A DNA stretch of 39,238 bases, from positions 1 to 39,238 of the forward strand of contig JBHHXN010000029.1 of assembly GCA_046757025.1 (NCBI GenBank), in the 5' to 3' direction. Under the pieces are notes generated by a model. The model saw nothing but the letters and a program-made list of their open reading frames with translations, searched no databases and was not told the origin of the DNA. The DNA is from a bacterium. Its GTDB lineage: Bacteria; Zhuqueibacterota; Zhuqueibacteria; Oceanimicrobiales; Oceanimicrobiaceae. A program made the translations under genes and the position numbers. Positions 16,310 through 25,690 of the stretch are shown here, piece by piece; the first letter of the stretch is position 1, and each line of letters starts with the position of its first letter.

Positions 16310-17320
16310 ATGGCAGTGACTATCTACGATGTAGCCAAAAAAGCTGGTGTAGGAATTGGAACCGTTTCACGAGCGATAAACGACAGCCCGCTGATTTCTC
16401 AAAAAACCAAGAAAAAAGTGCTCAAAGCAATAAAAGTGCTCAATTACCAACCGCACACCGTGGCGCAAAGCCTGGCCCGTAAAAAAACCAACACCATCGC
16501 CTGCATCATTCCGTTTTTCACCGGCTATTTTTTTGTTGAATTGCTGCGCGGCATTCAGCGAAAAATCACCGACTATAAATACGATCTCATTTTATACAGC
16601 GTGGATGTCACACACAAAAAAGAAACCTTTCTTCAAAAAACCCTTGAAGAACGGCGCGTGGACGGAGTTTTGTTGATTTCGTTAGAAATATCCCGGGAAT
16701 TTGCTAAAAAATTCACCACCTGCAATTTTCCAATCGTATTAGTTGACAGCCACCATGCCGGCCTGGATTCCATCACCGTGGACAATTTAGAAGGCGCCTA
16801 CATCGCCACTCAACATTTGATCAATTTAGGCTATCAAAAAATCGCCATGATCGATGGCCAGCTTAAAAGTTTTCCAGCGAAATTACGGCTGCAAGGTTAC
16901 AAAAACGCCATGCGAGATCATCACATCAAATTTGATGAAAATTACTTTGTCGCATGTGATTTTGCCAGCGAAGCGGATGGCTTCAATAAAGAAGCCGGCT
17001 ACACCGCCATGCAGCAGCTGCTCAACCTGGGTGAAAAACGTCCCCAAGCGGTTTTCGTATCAAGCGACATTCAAGCCATTGGCGCCATGCAAGCCATCAA
17101 GGAACGCAATTTAATTATACCCGATGATATCGCAGTCGTAGGCTTTGATGATATCGAATTAGCACAATATATCGGTTTGACCACCATCCGGCAGCCCACT
17201 ATGCAAATGGGGGAGCTGGCGGTGGAACGGTTAATGGAAAAAATCTTGCACCGACCTGAAAACAGATTCAAGCGGCAGTTTCACACTGAATTAGTGATTC
17301 GTGAAAGCAGTGGAAATTAG
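16310..17320 (+). CDS. LacI-family transcriptional regulator
   Basis: HTH TIYDVAKKAGVGIGTVSRAIN, hinge YQPHTVAQSL, IPDDIAVVGFDD, LTTIRQP, LVIRES. Confidence 0.97.
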   Translation: MAVTIYDVAKKAGVGIGTVSRAINDSPLISQKTKKKVLKAIKVLNYQPHTVAQSLARKKTNTIACIIPFFTGYFFVELLRGIQRKITDYKYDLILYSVDVTHKKETFLQKTLEERRVDGVLLISLEISREFAKKFTTCNFPIVLVDSHHAGLDSITVDNLEGAYIATQHLINLGYQKIAMIDGQLKSFPAKLRLQGYKNAMRDHHIKFDENYFVACDFASEADGFNKEAGYTAMQQLLNLGEKRPQAVFVSSDIQAIGAMQAIKERNLIIPDDIAVVGFDDIELAQYIGLTTIRQPTMQMGELAVERLMEKILHRPENRFKRQFHTELVIRESSGN

Positions 17321-17411
17321 AATTATTTCACTCGAAATTTGTAATCACCAAACGCAATTCGATGAAGACAGTCTGATGGTAAAAAATACGGTTATCCAAT
17401 TGACTCAGAGA

Positions 17412-17535
17412 ATGTCCTTCTGACGGAGCCCTTCGACGTTGCCAGGGCCGGCCCTGAGCCTCGCGAATGGATAAACACCGCGATTGAAGAATCCCTCTTT
17501 ATACATTCAATCAAGCTCCGTTCTTCGCTCTTCCG
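17412..17535. repeat. Degenerate REP-like cluster
   Basis: CCCTTCGAC..CAGGGCCGGCCCTGAGCCTCGCGAATGG plus GAAGAATC / TTCTTCGC fragments; shares CCCTGAGC with the elements at ~6894 and ~36413. Confidence 0.4.
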
Positions 17536-17645
17536 CCGAGAGGTGAATACTGAGCTAAACCGATTGCTGTAGATTAAATAAGATATTCTGAAGTATCAAT
17601 TGAATTTTAATGTGCTAAAAATAATGCCAAGTTAAACAGGAAGTC

Positions 17646-20519
17646 ATGGTTATGAAAAAACTTTTTGAATTTACAGTCCTCGCGGTGTACCTTAGTTTCG
17701 GACTTTTCACGTCTGCGCTATATTCAGGTACATCAGGTAAAATCGCCGGTAAAGTGGTGGAAGCGGAGTCCGGCGAGCCGTTACCGGGCGCCAATGTCAT
17801 CCTGATGGGCACCACCATGGGCGCCGCCACCGACCTGGGTGGCAAATTCATCATCCTGAACGTTCCGCCCGGCACGTACAATATCAAAGCTTCCATGATC
17901 GGCTACGGTGCCTTGATCTATGAAAACATTCGAGTTTCCATCGATTTGACCACCACGGTCAACTTTGAATTGGGTCAGGAAATATTGGAATTGGGAGACG
18001 AAGTTACTGTGATCGCGGAAAGGCCCATCGTACAAAAAGATTTGACAGCAACCACCGCGGTGGTTGGTGTGGAAGAAATTTCTTCGTTGCCCATCGCGGA
18101 GTTAAGTGAAGCCATCGAGCTGCAGGCAGGCATTATTTCGAGTCAAGGGGCCTTGCACATCCGCGGCGGTCGGGCGGGTGAAATCGGTTACTGGATCGAC
18201 GGCATTCCGGTGACCGATGTTTTTGATGGCGGTACCGTCATCGACTTCAACAAAGAAGCGGTGCAGGAGCTGCAGGTCATCAGCGGCGCCTTCAACGCCG
18301 AATACGGGCAGGCGCAATCCGGCATCATCAACATCGCCACCAAAGAAGGCAGCAATACGTTCGGTGGGTCATTCTCCGTTTATGCCGGCGATCACGCCAG
18401 CCGTCACGACGACATTTTTTTAGACATCGATGGCGTCGATCCCGTGGGGACGCACAATTTCGAAGCCTCGTTTCACGGCCCAATTCTTAAAGACCGCTTT
18501 TTCTATTTTTTAAATGGCCGCTACATCAAACGCAGCGGCTGGATTCACGGTATCCGAAAGTTCAATCCCAACAACATCGCCTTTCGCGTGCAAAATCCGG
18601 AAACGGGTGAGGAAATCATGATGTTCCGCGAGCCCGAAATCGGTCTGGGCGACAACAAGTTCGTGGACATGAACGGCAGCAAAGAGCTGTTTGCCCAGGC
18701 AAAGTTGGTTTACAAATTTTCGCCCAGCATAAAATTGTCCTACACGTACCTGCGAAATGACGACAATTTTATGGAATACAGCAATGACGGGCGATTTCTA
18801 TTTAATCCCGACGGCGAGCTCGAAAAGTTTCGATTGGGGAATACTCACATCGTGAAATTCACCCACGCTGTCAGCAGCCGCACTTTCTATGACGTGGGAT
18901 TGTCCTTTTTCTCCAAAAACTTTGAGCAGCATCTTTACGATGACATCACCTTCAAAACCGACGCCAACGGCAACATCCTCACCACTCCGGAAGGTGGCAG
19001 GGTCATCGAAAATCCCAGCAGATACGTCCACCCTGAGCTGCAAACTCAAGAGCCGTTCAGCTTTAAAACCGGCGGCACCAACAATCAACGGTTTCAGCGG
19101 GAAACCGAAACCCTGTTAGCCAAATTGGCTCTCACCAGTCAGGTCACCAACAATCACCAAATTAAAACCGGCATTGAATTTCGGCGTCACCGAATCTTTT
19201 TTGAAGATATCGAGCTGCGGCCGGTTAACAGAAGTTTCAACCGTTTTGAAGACGACCCGTATGTGGATTTTCAAATATTACCGGTTTCATCGGAGTTCAA
19301 CGATACCTATCTTCACAAACCCACAGAGTTCTCTGCTTACATCCAGGACAAAATGGAATTTGAAAGCATGATCGTGAATTTGGGTGTACGCTTCGATTAT
19401 TTCAATCCCGACGGCGTGGTCTTAAACGATGAAAGCGACCCCAACATTTACAATCCCATTAAACCAGAGAACCGCTTCCGAGACTTGAATGGCAACGGTT
19501 TTCAGGAACCAGGTGAAGCAGACATTACAGTGGAAGAGCGCCGGCAATTCTGGTTCAAAAAGGCCAGCACCAAAACCCGAATCAGCCCGCGTATTGGCAT
19601 CGCTTTTCCGGTAACCGACAGGGGTGTTTTTCATTTTTCGTACGGTTATTTCATGCAAATTCCCAACTTTGAGCGCCTGTACCAAAACCCGGAATTCGAG
19701 CTGGGATTTGGCACCGGCAATCAGGGTACCATCGGCAACGCGGATCTGAATCCTGAATTTACCATCAGCGGTGAAATTGGATTGCAGCAGCAAATCGGCG
19801 AAGACATCGGCATCGACATCACCATTTTCTTTCGAGACATTCGGAATCTGGCCGGTACCAGCTCTGAGGAAATTTTGGTTTTTGGCGAATCGCAAAAATA
19901 CAGCAAGATCGTGAACAGCGATTTCGGTTTTGTACGAGGCGTGGTGCTGTCCCTGAACAAACGATTCAGTCAGGGTTTTTCAGCCAATTTTGATTACACC
20001 TTTCAGATCGCCAAAGCCACCAATTCCGACCCCGAACAGGCACGGAGCGCCCTGGCTGGCGGGACGCAACCGGAAATCCAGCTAACCAACGTCAACTGGG
20101 ATCAAACCCACACCGTCAATGCCAGCCTTTCGTACAGCAAGCCCAATTGGGGCGGCAGCCTGATCTTTCAGTACGGTTCGGGGCAGCCTTTTACCCCGCG
20201 CCAGAGCTCGGATGTCACGGTGATTTTAACCAACAGCGAACGCAAGCCGGATTTTGCAAATGTGGATTTGCGCGGTTATTACGACTTCCTTTTAGGAGGC
20301 GGGAAACGAGTCAACTTGTTCTTCCGCGTATTTAATCTGTTTGACCGATTGAACGAACTCAACGTGTTCGACGATACCGGCCGCGGCACTTTTACCGTGG
20401 ACGAACAACGGGCTGTCGATTCGCCGGATCTGGTGAACACCAAAAGAGAGTTTTTCACCAATCCCACGCATTTTTCGGAACCACGGCGAATTGAAGTGGG
20501 ACTCGGATTTTATTTCTAA
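17646..20519 (+). CDS. TonB-dependent receptor (non-SusC type)
   Basis: Signal peptide, GKIAGKV..GEPLPGANV N-domain, plug HIRGGR.GE..YWIDG...ISGAFNAEYGQAQSGIINI.TKEG, C-terminal PRRIEVGLGFYF. Confidence 0.95.
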   Translation: MVMKKLFEFTVLAVYLSFGLFTSALYSGTSGKIAGKVVEAESGEPLPGANVILMGTTMGAATDLGGKFIILNVPPGTYNIKASMIGYGALIYENIRVSIDLTTTVNFELGQEILELGDEVTVIAERPIVQKDLTATTAVVGVEEISSLPIAELSEAIELQAGIISSQGALHIRGGRAGEIGYWIDGIPVTDVFDGGTVIDFNKEAVQELQVISGAFNAEYGQAQSGIINIATKEGSNTFGGSFSVYAGDHASRHDDIFLDIDGVDPVGTHNFEASFHGPILKDRFFYFLNGRYIKRSGWIHGIRKFNPNNIAFRVQNPETGEEIMMFREPEIGLGDNKFVDMNGSKELFAQAKLVYKFSPSIKLSYTYLRNDDNFMEYSNDGRFLFNPDGELEKFRLGNTHIVKFTHAVSSRTFYDVGLSFFSKNFEQHLYDDITFKTDANGNILTTPEGGRVIENPSRYVHPELQTQEPFSFKTGGTNNQRFQRETETLLAKLALTSQVTNNHQIKTGIEFRRHRIFFEDIELRPVNRSFNRFEDDPYVDFQILPVSSEFNDTYLHKPTEFSAYIQDKMEFESMIVNLGVRFDYFNPDGVVLNDESDPNIYNPIKPENRFRDLNGNGFQEPGEADITVEERRQFWFKKASTKTRISPRIGIAFPVTDRGVFHFSYGYFMQIPNFERLYQNPEFELGFGTGNQGTIGNADLNPEFTISGEIGLQQQIGEDIGIDITIFFRDIRNLAGTSSEEILVFGESQKYSKIVNSDFGFVRGVVLSLNKRFSQGFSANFDYTFQIAKATNSDPEQARSALAGGTQPEIQLTNVNWDQTHTVNASLSYSKPNWGGSLIFQYGSGQPFTPRQSSDVTVILTNSERKPDFANVDLRGYYDFLLGGGKRVNLFFRVFNLFDRLNELNVFDDTGRGTFTVDEQRAVDSPDLVNTKREFFTNPTHFSEPRRIEVGLGFYF

Positions 20520-20563
20520 CAGTGTCTCATTCGAAACGAAATCTAAACAAAGGTCATCTGCAA

Positions 20564-23500
20564 ATGAAAAATCATTTAATAAAATTTTTAACGATCAGCT
20601 GTTTTTCAATCTTTCTAATTCGCTCTGGGGCTGTTGCGCAAACCAGCGGCCCGGAATTTCGCCGCTCTGCCACGCACAACGCCAATCTTGTGAAAACGGG
20701 CTTTGGCAACTGGGGAGTCATTGGTCAGCCTGCACAACGGCCGCGCGGCGCCTGGATTCATGAAAACAACGGCTACATCGGCGATGTCAGTCCCATGGTA
20801 GGCGCAGAGGTCTTTTTAAACAGCTTGCTTTTTCATTCAGTGGTGGTCACGCCGGTGGCCCGGCCTACACAAAATCGCGAAGAATCCGCCTCCGGGCAAT
20901 TCTGGGGATTCGAACCCGACGGCAGATATTTTAACAACAACCAACAATTGGTGGCCATGAGTGACAACCCGGATTCCTGGCCGCCGTTCTGGCCCGACAA
21001 ACTGAACGATCCGGAAGATCCCGGCTGGCGGGGCGCCTGGAACGGATTTTTTGGCAAAAACGTTTTCAATGCCGATCAGGAAAGCTATTTTGTCATGGAC
21101 GATGACAACGATAGAGAATTCAATTTTGCTGAGAACAACAATCTGGCCATAAGTTTTAAGCCCGATTCCACCAACCTCTCCCGAAACGGTTTAGGATTGG
21201 CAGTGAAAGTACGAGGCTTGCAGTGGGCGCAGTTTTTAGCGCAGGACACCATTTTCTGGCTGTATGAGATCATAAACCAGAGCACCAGCCATTACTCGCG
21301 CACGGTTTTCGGCATGCTGGTGGGCACGTTTGTCGGAGCGACCTTCAATCGCGCCAGCGGCAATGAATTTGACGATGACTATTCCTTTTTTGATGTGGAG
21401 CTGGACATGACCTTCACCGCCGACTTTGATGACAACGTCGGCCGCAATCCCGATTGGGTGGGCAGCGACGTGGGAGTGGTGGCGTACGCCTTCTTAGAAA
21501 GCCCGGGCAATGCTTTTGACGGAATCGACAACGACGGCGACGCCGATGAGTCGCTCATCCCCACTGGTCCGTTTTTCACCGAAACGGATTTCGAACCGCG
21601 CCGCATCAACGCCGGCGACAAGGTAGTGATCATCGACGAGGACTTCAACCGACGTGTGGTGACCGTGCCCGCCACCGACACCGTGTTCGTCACACGCGGA
21701 AGCGGGGCCGGCGAAAATAAGATTACCGTCATCCCCGGCATCACCGAGCTGGTGGAGGGCAACACCATAGTGGTGAACGGCCGCCAGACCAGCAATCCCA
21801 ACGCCACCGATGGCATCGACAACGATTTAGACGGTCTCATCGATGAAAACTTTCAACTGCACTTTCGCCAGATTCGACGGGACACACAAGGCAACGTCCT
21901 GATCAATCTCCTGCGTCCGATGAAACACGTGGATTATATCACTGGCGATGGTATGAACAATCCGCTCATCGATGAAAAACGCAACGACGGCATCGACAAC
22001 GACAACGACTGGGACCCGGAATTCGACGACGTGGGCCGCGACGGTATGGCCGACACCAATGATATGGGAGAAAATGACAACGTACCCACCGCTGGCGAGC
22101 CCAACTTCGATCAGACCGACGTCAGCGAATCAGACCAGATTGGCCTCACCAGTTTCGAGTATTTTGTGCCGGCAAACAATATTGACCTCGCCGACGACGA
22201 AGAGCTCTGGGGCCGCATGTCCCCGGGGTTGTTCGATGTGCCGCGCTCCATTCAAAACAACCGTCCGGTCAACGGCGAAGACGGTGATTTTATTTACGGT
22301 TCGGGTTATTTCCCCTTACTGGCCGGACAGACCGAGCGTTTTTCACTGGCGTTGGTTTACGGCGACGGCGGTGGCAGAAATGTCTTAATTGACGATCTAC
22401 TCAAAAACCGAATCACCGTGCAAAAAATCTTTGACGCGGATTACCGTTTTCCAAAACCGCCGGAAAAACCGACTTTAACGGCCGTGCCTGGCGACGGCAA
22501 AGTAACGCTGTACTGGGATCGCAAATCCGAAAGTTCCCTGGACCCGGTGCTGCGCGTGCGGGATTTCGAGGGCTACAAACTCTACAAAGCCACGGATCCG
22601 CGATTCCTCGACGCATTTGAAATCACCGATGCTTTAGGCTCCGTGCAAAAATTCAAGCCCATTCAACAGTATGACCTCGACAACGACATTCAGGGATTCT
22701 TTTTACCCAGCGAGGAGCTCATCGAAGCCACTAGCGGCCTGTCGTTTTTTCTGGGCAGCAACACCGGCCTGCAGCACAGCTTTGTGGATACCGACGTGGA
22801 CAACGGCAGAACCTATTTTTACGCTCTTACCGCCTATGACCGCGGCGATGCCTCTGCCGACATTTTTCCTTCAGAAAATCCCATTCGCATCGATCAGGCG
22901 CCATCGGGAAAATTTTCCACGGACATCAACACCGTCATCGTTGTGCCCAATGCGCCGGTAGCCGGCTTTGAGCCGCCGGAGAACTCAATTCGTCTGGACA
23001 AAATATCCGCCATCGGCACCGGCGAAATCTTTTTTGAAGTCATCGACCAGCAGGTGCAAACCGGCCACCATTACCAGTTAGAATTCTTAGATACCGCGAA
23101 CGACGGCATCGACAACGACGGCGACTGGAACATTGCATTGCACGATGTCGGCAGCGATGGCGTACCGGGCACCGAAGACGCCGATGGCAGCGAAGGCAAC
23201 GGTCGGCCGGATGCGGGCGAGCCCAACGTGGACGCTCTGGACAACGAAGAGCGGCTGGTTCCTTTAACCCATTTTTATTCCATTAAAGATAATACTGGCG
23301 TTATAGAAGATTTTACAGCTAAAGATACACTGTTTGTGAATCTCAAAAACGAGAATTTAATCGCAGAAACCGTTGAAGTCCGCGAAACAGACGGCTCACT
23401 GGTTTCACCAGACAAATACATTTTAGACGCTGAAAACGGAAAAATTCGCGGTATAAATCCGGGTGATCTGGCTGAAAACGATTTCAGTATCACCTATAAA

Positions 23501-24439
23501 TATTATCCCATTTTCAAAAGCCCAAACATTCAGCGCAGTCCGTTTGCGCCGGAAACCAGAGACACCGATATCTTTGACGGCATTCAACTGCTTTTTAACA
23601 ACACCTCTACCCGATCGGGCATCAAACTGGATGACGCTAACTCGGGCTTTAACACCGAGACCTTTTTGCAGTTCACTTTCCAGAGCGATTTTAACACCAT
23701 CGTCGGCGGGAAAACCATCCGTTTGCTGCCGCACCCTGCCGATTATGAAATTCGATTTTTCGACACCATCGTGGATACATCACGGCCGCCAGCGCCGATT
23801 TTGCCAGGAGTGCCGGTGAATTTCGAAATCTGGAACACCACCGAGCAGAAAAAGATAGAGTTTTTATTTACCGATCTGGATCGAAATAATACAATTTCCC
23901 CCACGGACCGATTGCGCTTTTTCGAAGAAGGTGTGGCTGGTGAAAAGGTCCGAACCTGGGACATGTTTTTTCCGGCGCTCAATCAGGGTGAAACGTTCAC
24001 GCCGTTCGCAGCCGGCGTGGTGCTGACGCTCAAAACATTTAAACCCTTTCGCAAAGGCGACACGTTCGAGTTTACCACGGTGGTGGCCAGCGTGAACCCG
24101 GAGTCGGCGCAGCAAAATCAGGAGATGGAGAAAATCAAAGTGGTTCCCAATCCCTACATCGTGGGTACGCCTTTTGAGCTGCCGCCGCCCCCTGGAGTCA
24201 GTGGCCGGGGGGAGCGAAAAATCGACTTCATCCATTTGCCGGACGATGCCGCCGTGCATATTTTCACTTCGAGAGGAGAACACGTGATCACGCTACGCCA
24301 CGATGGCAACATCCATGACGGCGCCGTTTCCTGGAATTTAAAAACCAAAGAAAATTTGAATATCGCCTTCGGCATGTACTTTTACGTAGTGGAATCTCGA
24401 CTCGGTACCAAACGAGGCAAAATAGCTATCATCAAATAA
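20564..24439 (+). CDS. Large secreted protein with DGIDNDxD Ca-binding-type repeats, FN3-like domain and T9SS-CTD-like C-terminus
   Basis: Likely start ATG 20564 (signal peptide); four DGIDNDxD motifs; PGDGKVTLYWD..FEGYKLY..YFYALTAYD; terminal IKVVPNPY..IFT..GE.V..L..WNL....GMYFYVVE..GKIAIIK. Confidence 0.85.
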   Translation: MKNHLIKFLTISCFSIFLIRSGAVAQTSGPEFRRSATHNANLVKTGFGNWGVIGQPAQRPRGAWIHENNGYIGDVSPMVGAEVFLNSLLFHSVVVTPVARPTQNREESASGQFWGFEPDGRYFNNNQQLVAMSDNPDSWPPFWPDKLNDPEDPGWRGAWNGFFGKNVFNADQESYFVMDDDNDREFNFAENNNLAISFKPDSTNLSRNGLGLAVKVRGLQWAQFLAQDTIFWLYEIINQSTSHYSRTVFGMLVGTFVGATFNRASGNEFDDDYSFFDVELDMTFTADFDDNVGRNPDWVGSDVGVVAYAFLESPGNAFDGIDNDGDADESLIPTGPFFTETDFEPRRINAGDKVVIIDEDFNRRVVTVPATDTVFVTRGSGAGENKITVIPGITELVEGNTIVVNGRQTSNPNATDGIDNDLDGLIDENFQLHFRQIRRDTQGNVLINLLRPMKHVDYITGDGMNNPLIDEKRNDGIDNDNDWDPEFDDVGRDGMADTNDMGENDNVPTAGEPNFDQTDVSESDQIGLTSFEYFVPANNIDLADDEELWGRMSPGLFDVPRSIQNNRPVNGEDGDFIYGSGYFPLLAGQTERFSLALVYGDGGGRNVLIDDLLKNRITVQKIFDADYRFPKPPEKPTLTAVPGDGKVTLYWDRKSESSLDPVLRVRDFEGYKLYKATDPRFLDAFEITDALGSVQKFKPIQQYDLDNDIQGFFLPSEELIEATSGLSFFLGSNTGLQHSFVDTDVDNGRTYFYALTAYDRGDASADIFPSENPIRIDQAPSGKFSTDINTVIVVPNAPVAGFEPPENSIRLDKISAIGTGEIFFEVIDQQVQTGHHYQLEFLDTANDGIDNDGDWNIALHDVGSDGVPGTEDADGSEGNGRPDAGEPNVDALDNEERLVPLTHFYSIKDNTGVIEDFTAKDTLFVNLKNENLIAETVEVRETDGSLVSPDKYILDAENGKIRGINPGDLAENDFSITYKYYPIFKSPNIQRSPFAPETRDTDIFDGIQLLFNNTSTRSGIKLDDANSGFNTETFLQFTFQSDFNTIVGGKTIRLLPHPADYEIRFFDTIVDTSRPPAPILPGVPVNFEIWNTTEQKKIEFLFTDLDRNNTISPTDRLRFFEEGVAGEKVRTWDMFFPALNQGETFTPFAAGVVLTLKTFKPFRKGDTFEFTTVVASVNPESAQQNQEMEKIKVVPNPYIVGTPFELPPPPGVSGRGERKIDFIHLPDDAAVHIFTSRGEHVITLRHDGNIHDGAVSWNLKTKENLNIAFGMYFYVVESRLGTKRGKIAIIK

Positions 24440-24468
24440 ACTTTGCTTACCATTCGGAGAAATATCAC

Positions 24469-25503
24469 ATGCGAAATCGCTTAATTCGAATCGTTTTCAA
24501 CCTGGCCTTGGCTGTTGTGGTTTTATCTTCTTTCACGCCAGGGTTCAGTCAGGACAAAGTAGGAACTTCGGCAGCCAACTTTTTAGGCATTGCGGTGGGA
24601 GCGCGCGGGGTGGCTATGGGTGGCGCTTATACCGCGGTGGCTGGCGACGCCACTTCCATTTACTGGAATCCAGGCGCCGTGTCGCGTTCTGAAAAATCTT
24701 ACGCAAATTTTGTGCACACAAACTGGTTTCTGGACACAAAATTCAACTGGGCCGGCATCGTTTTGAATTTCGGAGAAGCCAGTGCCGTAGGCCTCAGCTT
24801 CACGTCACTGGATTTTGGAGACGAACCGGTGACCACGGTTTTTTCCCCCGAAGGCACCGGCGATTTTTTCTCTGCCCAGGATATCGCGGCCGGCATCACT
24901 TACGCCCGAAACCTCACCGACAAATTTTCCATCGGCGGCACCCTGAAATTCATCAATCAAAAGATTTTTAACGTCTCAGCTTCGGCGGTGGCAGTGGATG
25001 TGGGTTTGTTGTTCATCACCCATTTTCATGACATCCAGCTCGGCGTCAGCTTTGCCAATCTCGGCAGCGACATGGAGCTGAGCGGTAAGGACCTGCTTCA
25101 AAAGGTAGATCTGGATCCCACCGCCACCGGTAATAACGAATCCATTGTCGGTCTGCTAAAAACGGAATCCTCTTCCCTGCCGGTGATTTTTCGAGTGGGG
25201 GTTTCCGGCGATTTGATTCGATTTCGCGAAAACAGCCGCCTGATAATTTCAGTGGAAGCCACACAGCCCAACGACAACTCAGGAGTAGTGAATGTCGGCG
25301 CCGAGTTGACCGTCAATAATATGTTTTTTGTGCGCGGCGGTTACAAGTCTTTGTTCCGAGATGAAAGCGAGGAAGGCTTGACCTTTGGCGGGGGTTTGTT
25401 GCTAAATTTCAAAAATCGCCATTCCCTGATTTTCGATTACGCTTTCGCCGATTTTGGCCTGTTGGAAAATGTGCAAATGTTTTCACTGGGCGTGACATTT
25501 TAA
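24469..25503 (+). CDS. PorV/PorQ-family (UPF0164) outer membrane beta-barrel
   Basis: FLGIAVGARGVAMGGAYTAVAGDATSIYWNPG motif, alternating strand pattern, C-terminal FSLGVTF. Confidence 0.9.
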   Translation: MRNRLIRIVFNLALAVVVLSSFTPGFSQDKVGTSAANFLGIAVGARGVAMGGAYTAVAGDATSIYWNPGAVSRSEKSYANFVHTNWFLDTKFNWAGIVLNFGEASAVGLSFTSLDFGDEPVTTVFSPEGTGDFFSAQDIAAGITYARNLTDKFSIGGTLKFINQKIFNVSASAVAVDVGLLFITHFHDIQLGVSFANLGSDMELSGKDLLQKVDLDPTATGNNESIVGLLKTESSSLPVIFRVGVSGDLIRFRENSRLIISVEATQPNDNSGVVNVGAELTVNNMFFVRGGYKSLFRDESEEGLTFGGGLLLNFKNRHSLIFDYAFADFGLLENVQMFSLGVTF

Positions 25504-25547
25504 TTTTACAAAAAAATGTTTTAATACCAATTCAAATTAAACTTAGG

Positions 25548-25622
25548 AAAGGAGGTGCATAAAGCTTTTTATCAAACTCATCCTGCTGTGCATAAAATCA
25601 GACAACTGGTAAAGGAGGTGAT
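25548..25622 (+). promoter_or_regulatory. Two orphan perfect Shine-Dalgarno sequences in a 5' leader
   Basis: AAAGGAGGTG (25548-25557) and AAAGGAGGTGAT (25611-25622) with no suitably spaced start codon; the real RBS GGAGGA is at 25681. Confidence 0.55.
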
Positions 25623-25690
25623 AGTTTAACCACATTTCACAAATGCTTTGGATTATTTAATTTTAAGCAATTTAAAAAACGGAGGACTTT

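Noticed and set aside
23275..23520. AT-richer patch inside the large CTD protein gene
   Set aside because: Frame is intact and similar patches occur in neighbouring genes; insufficient to call an insertion or intein
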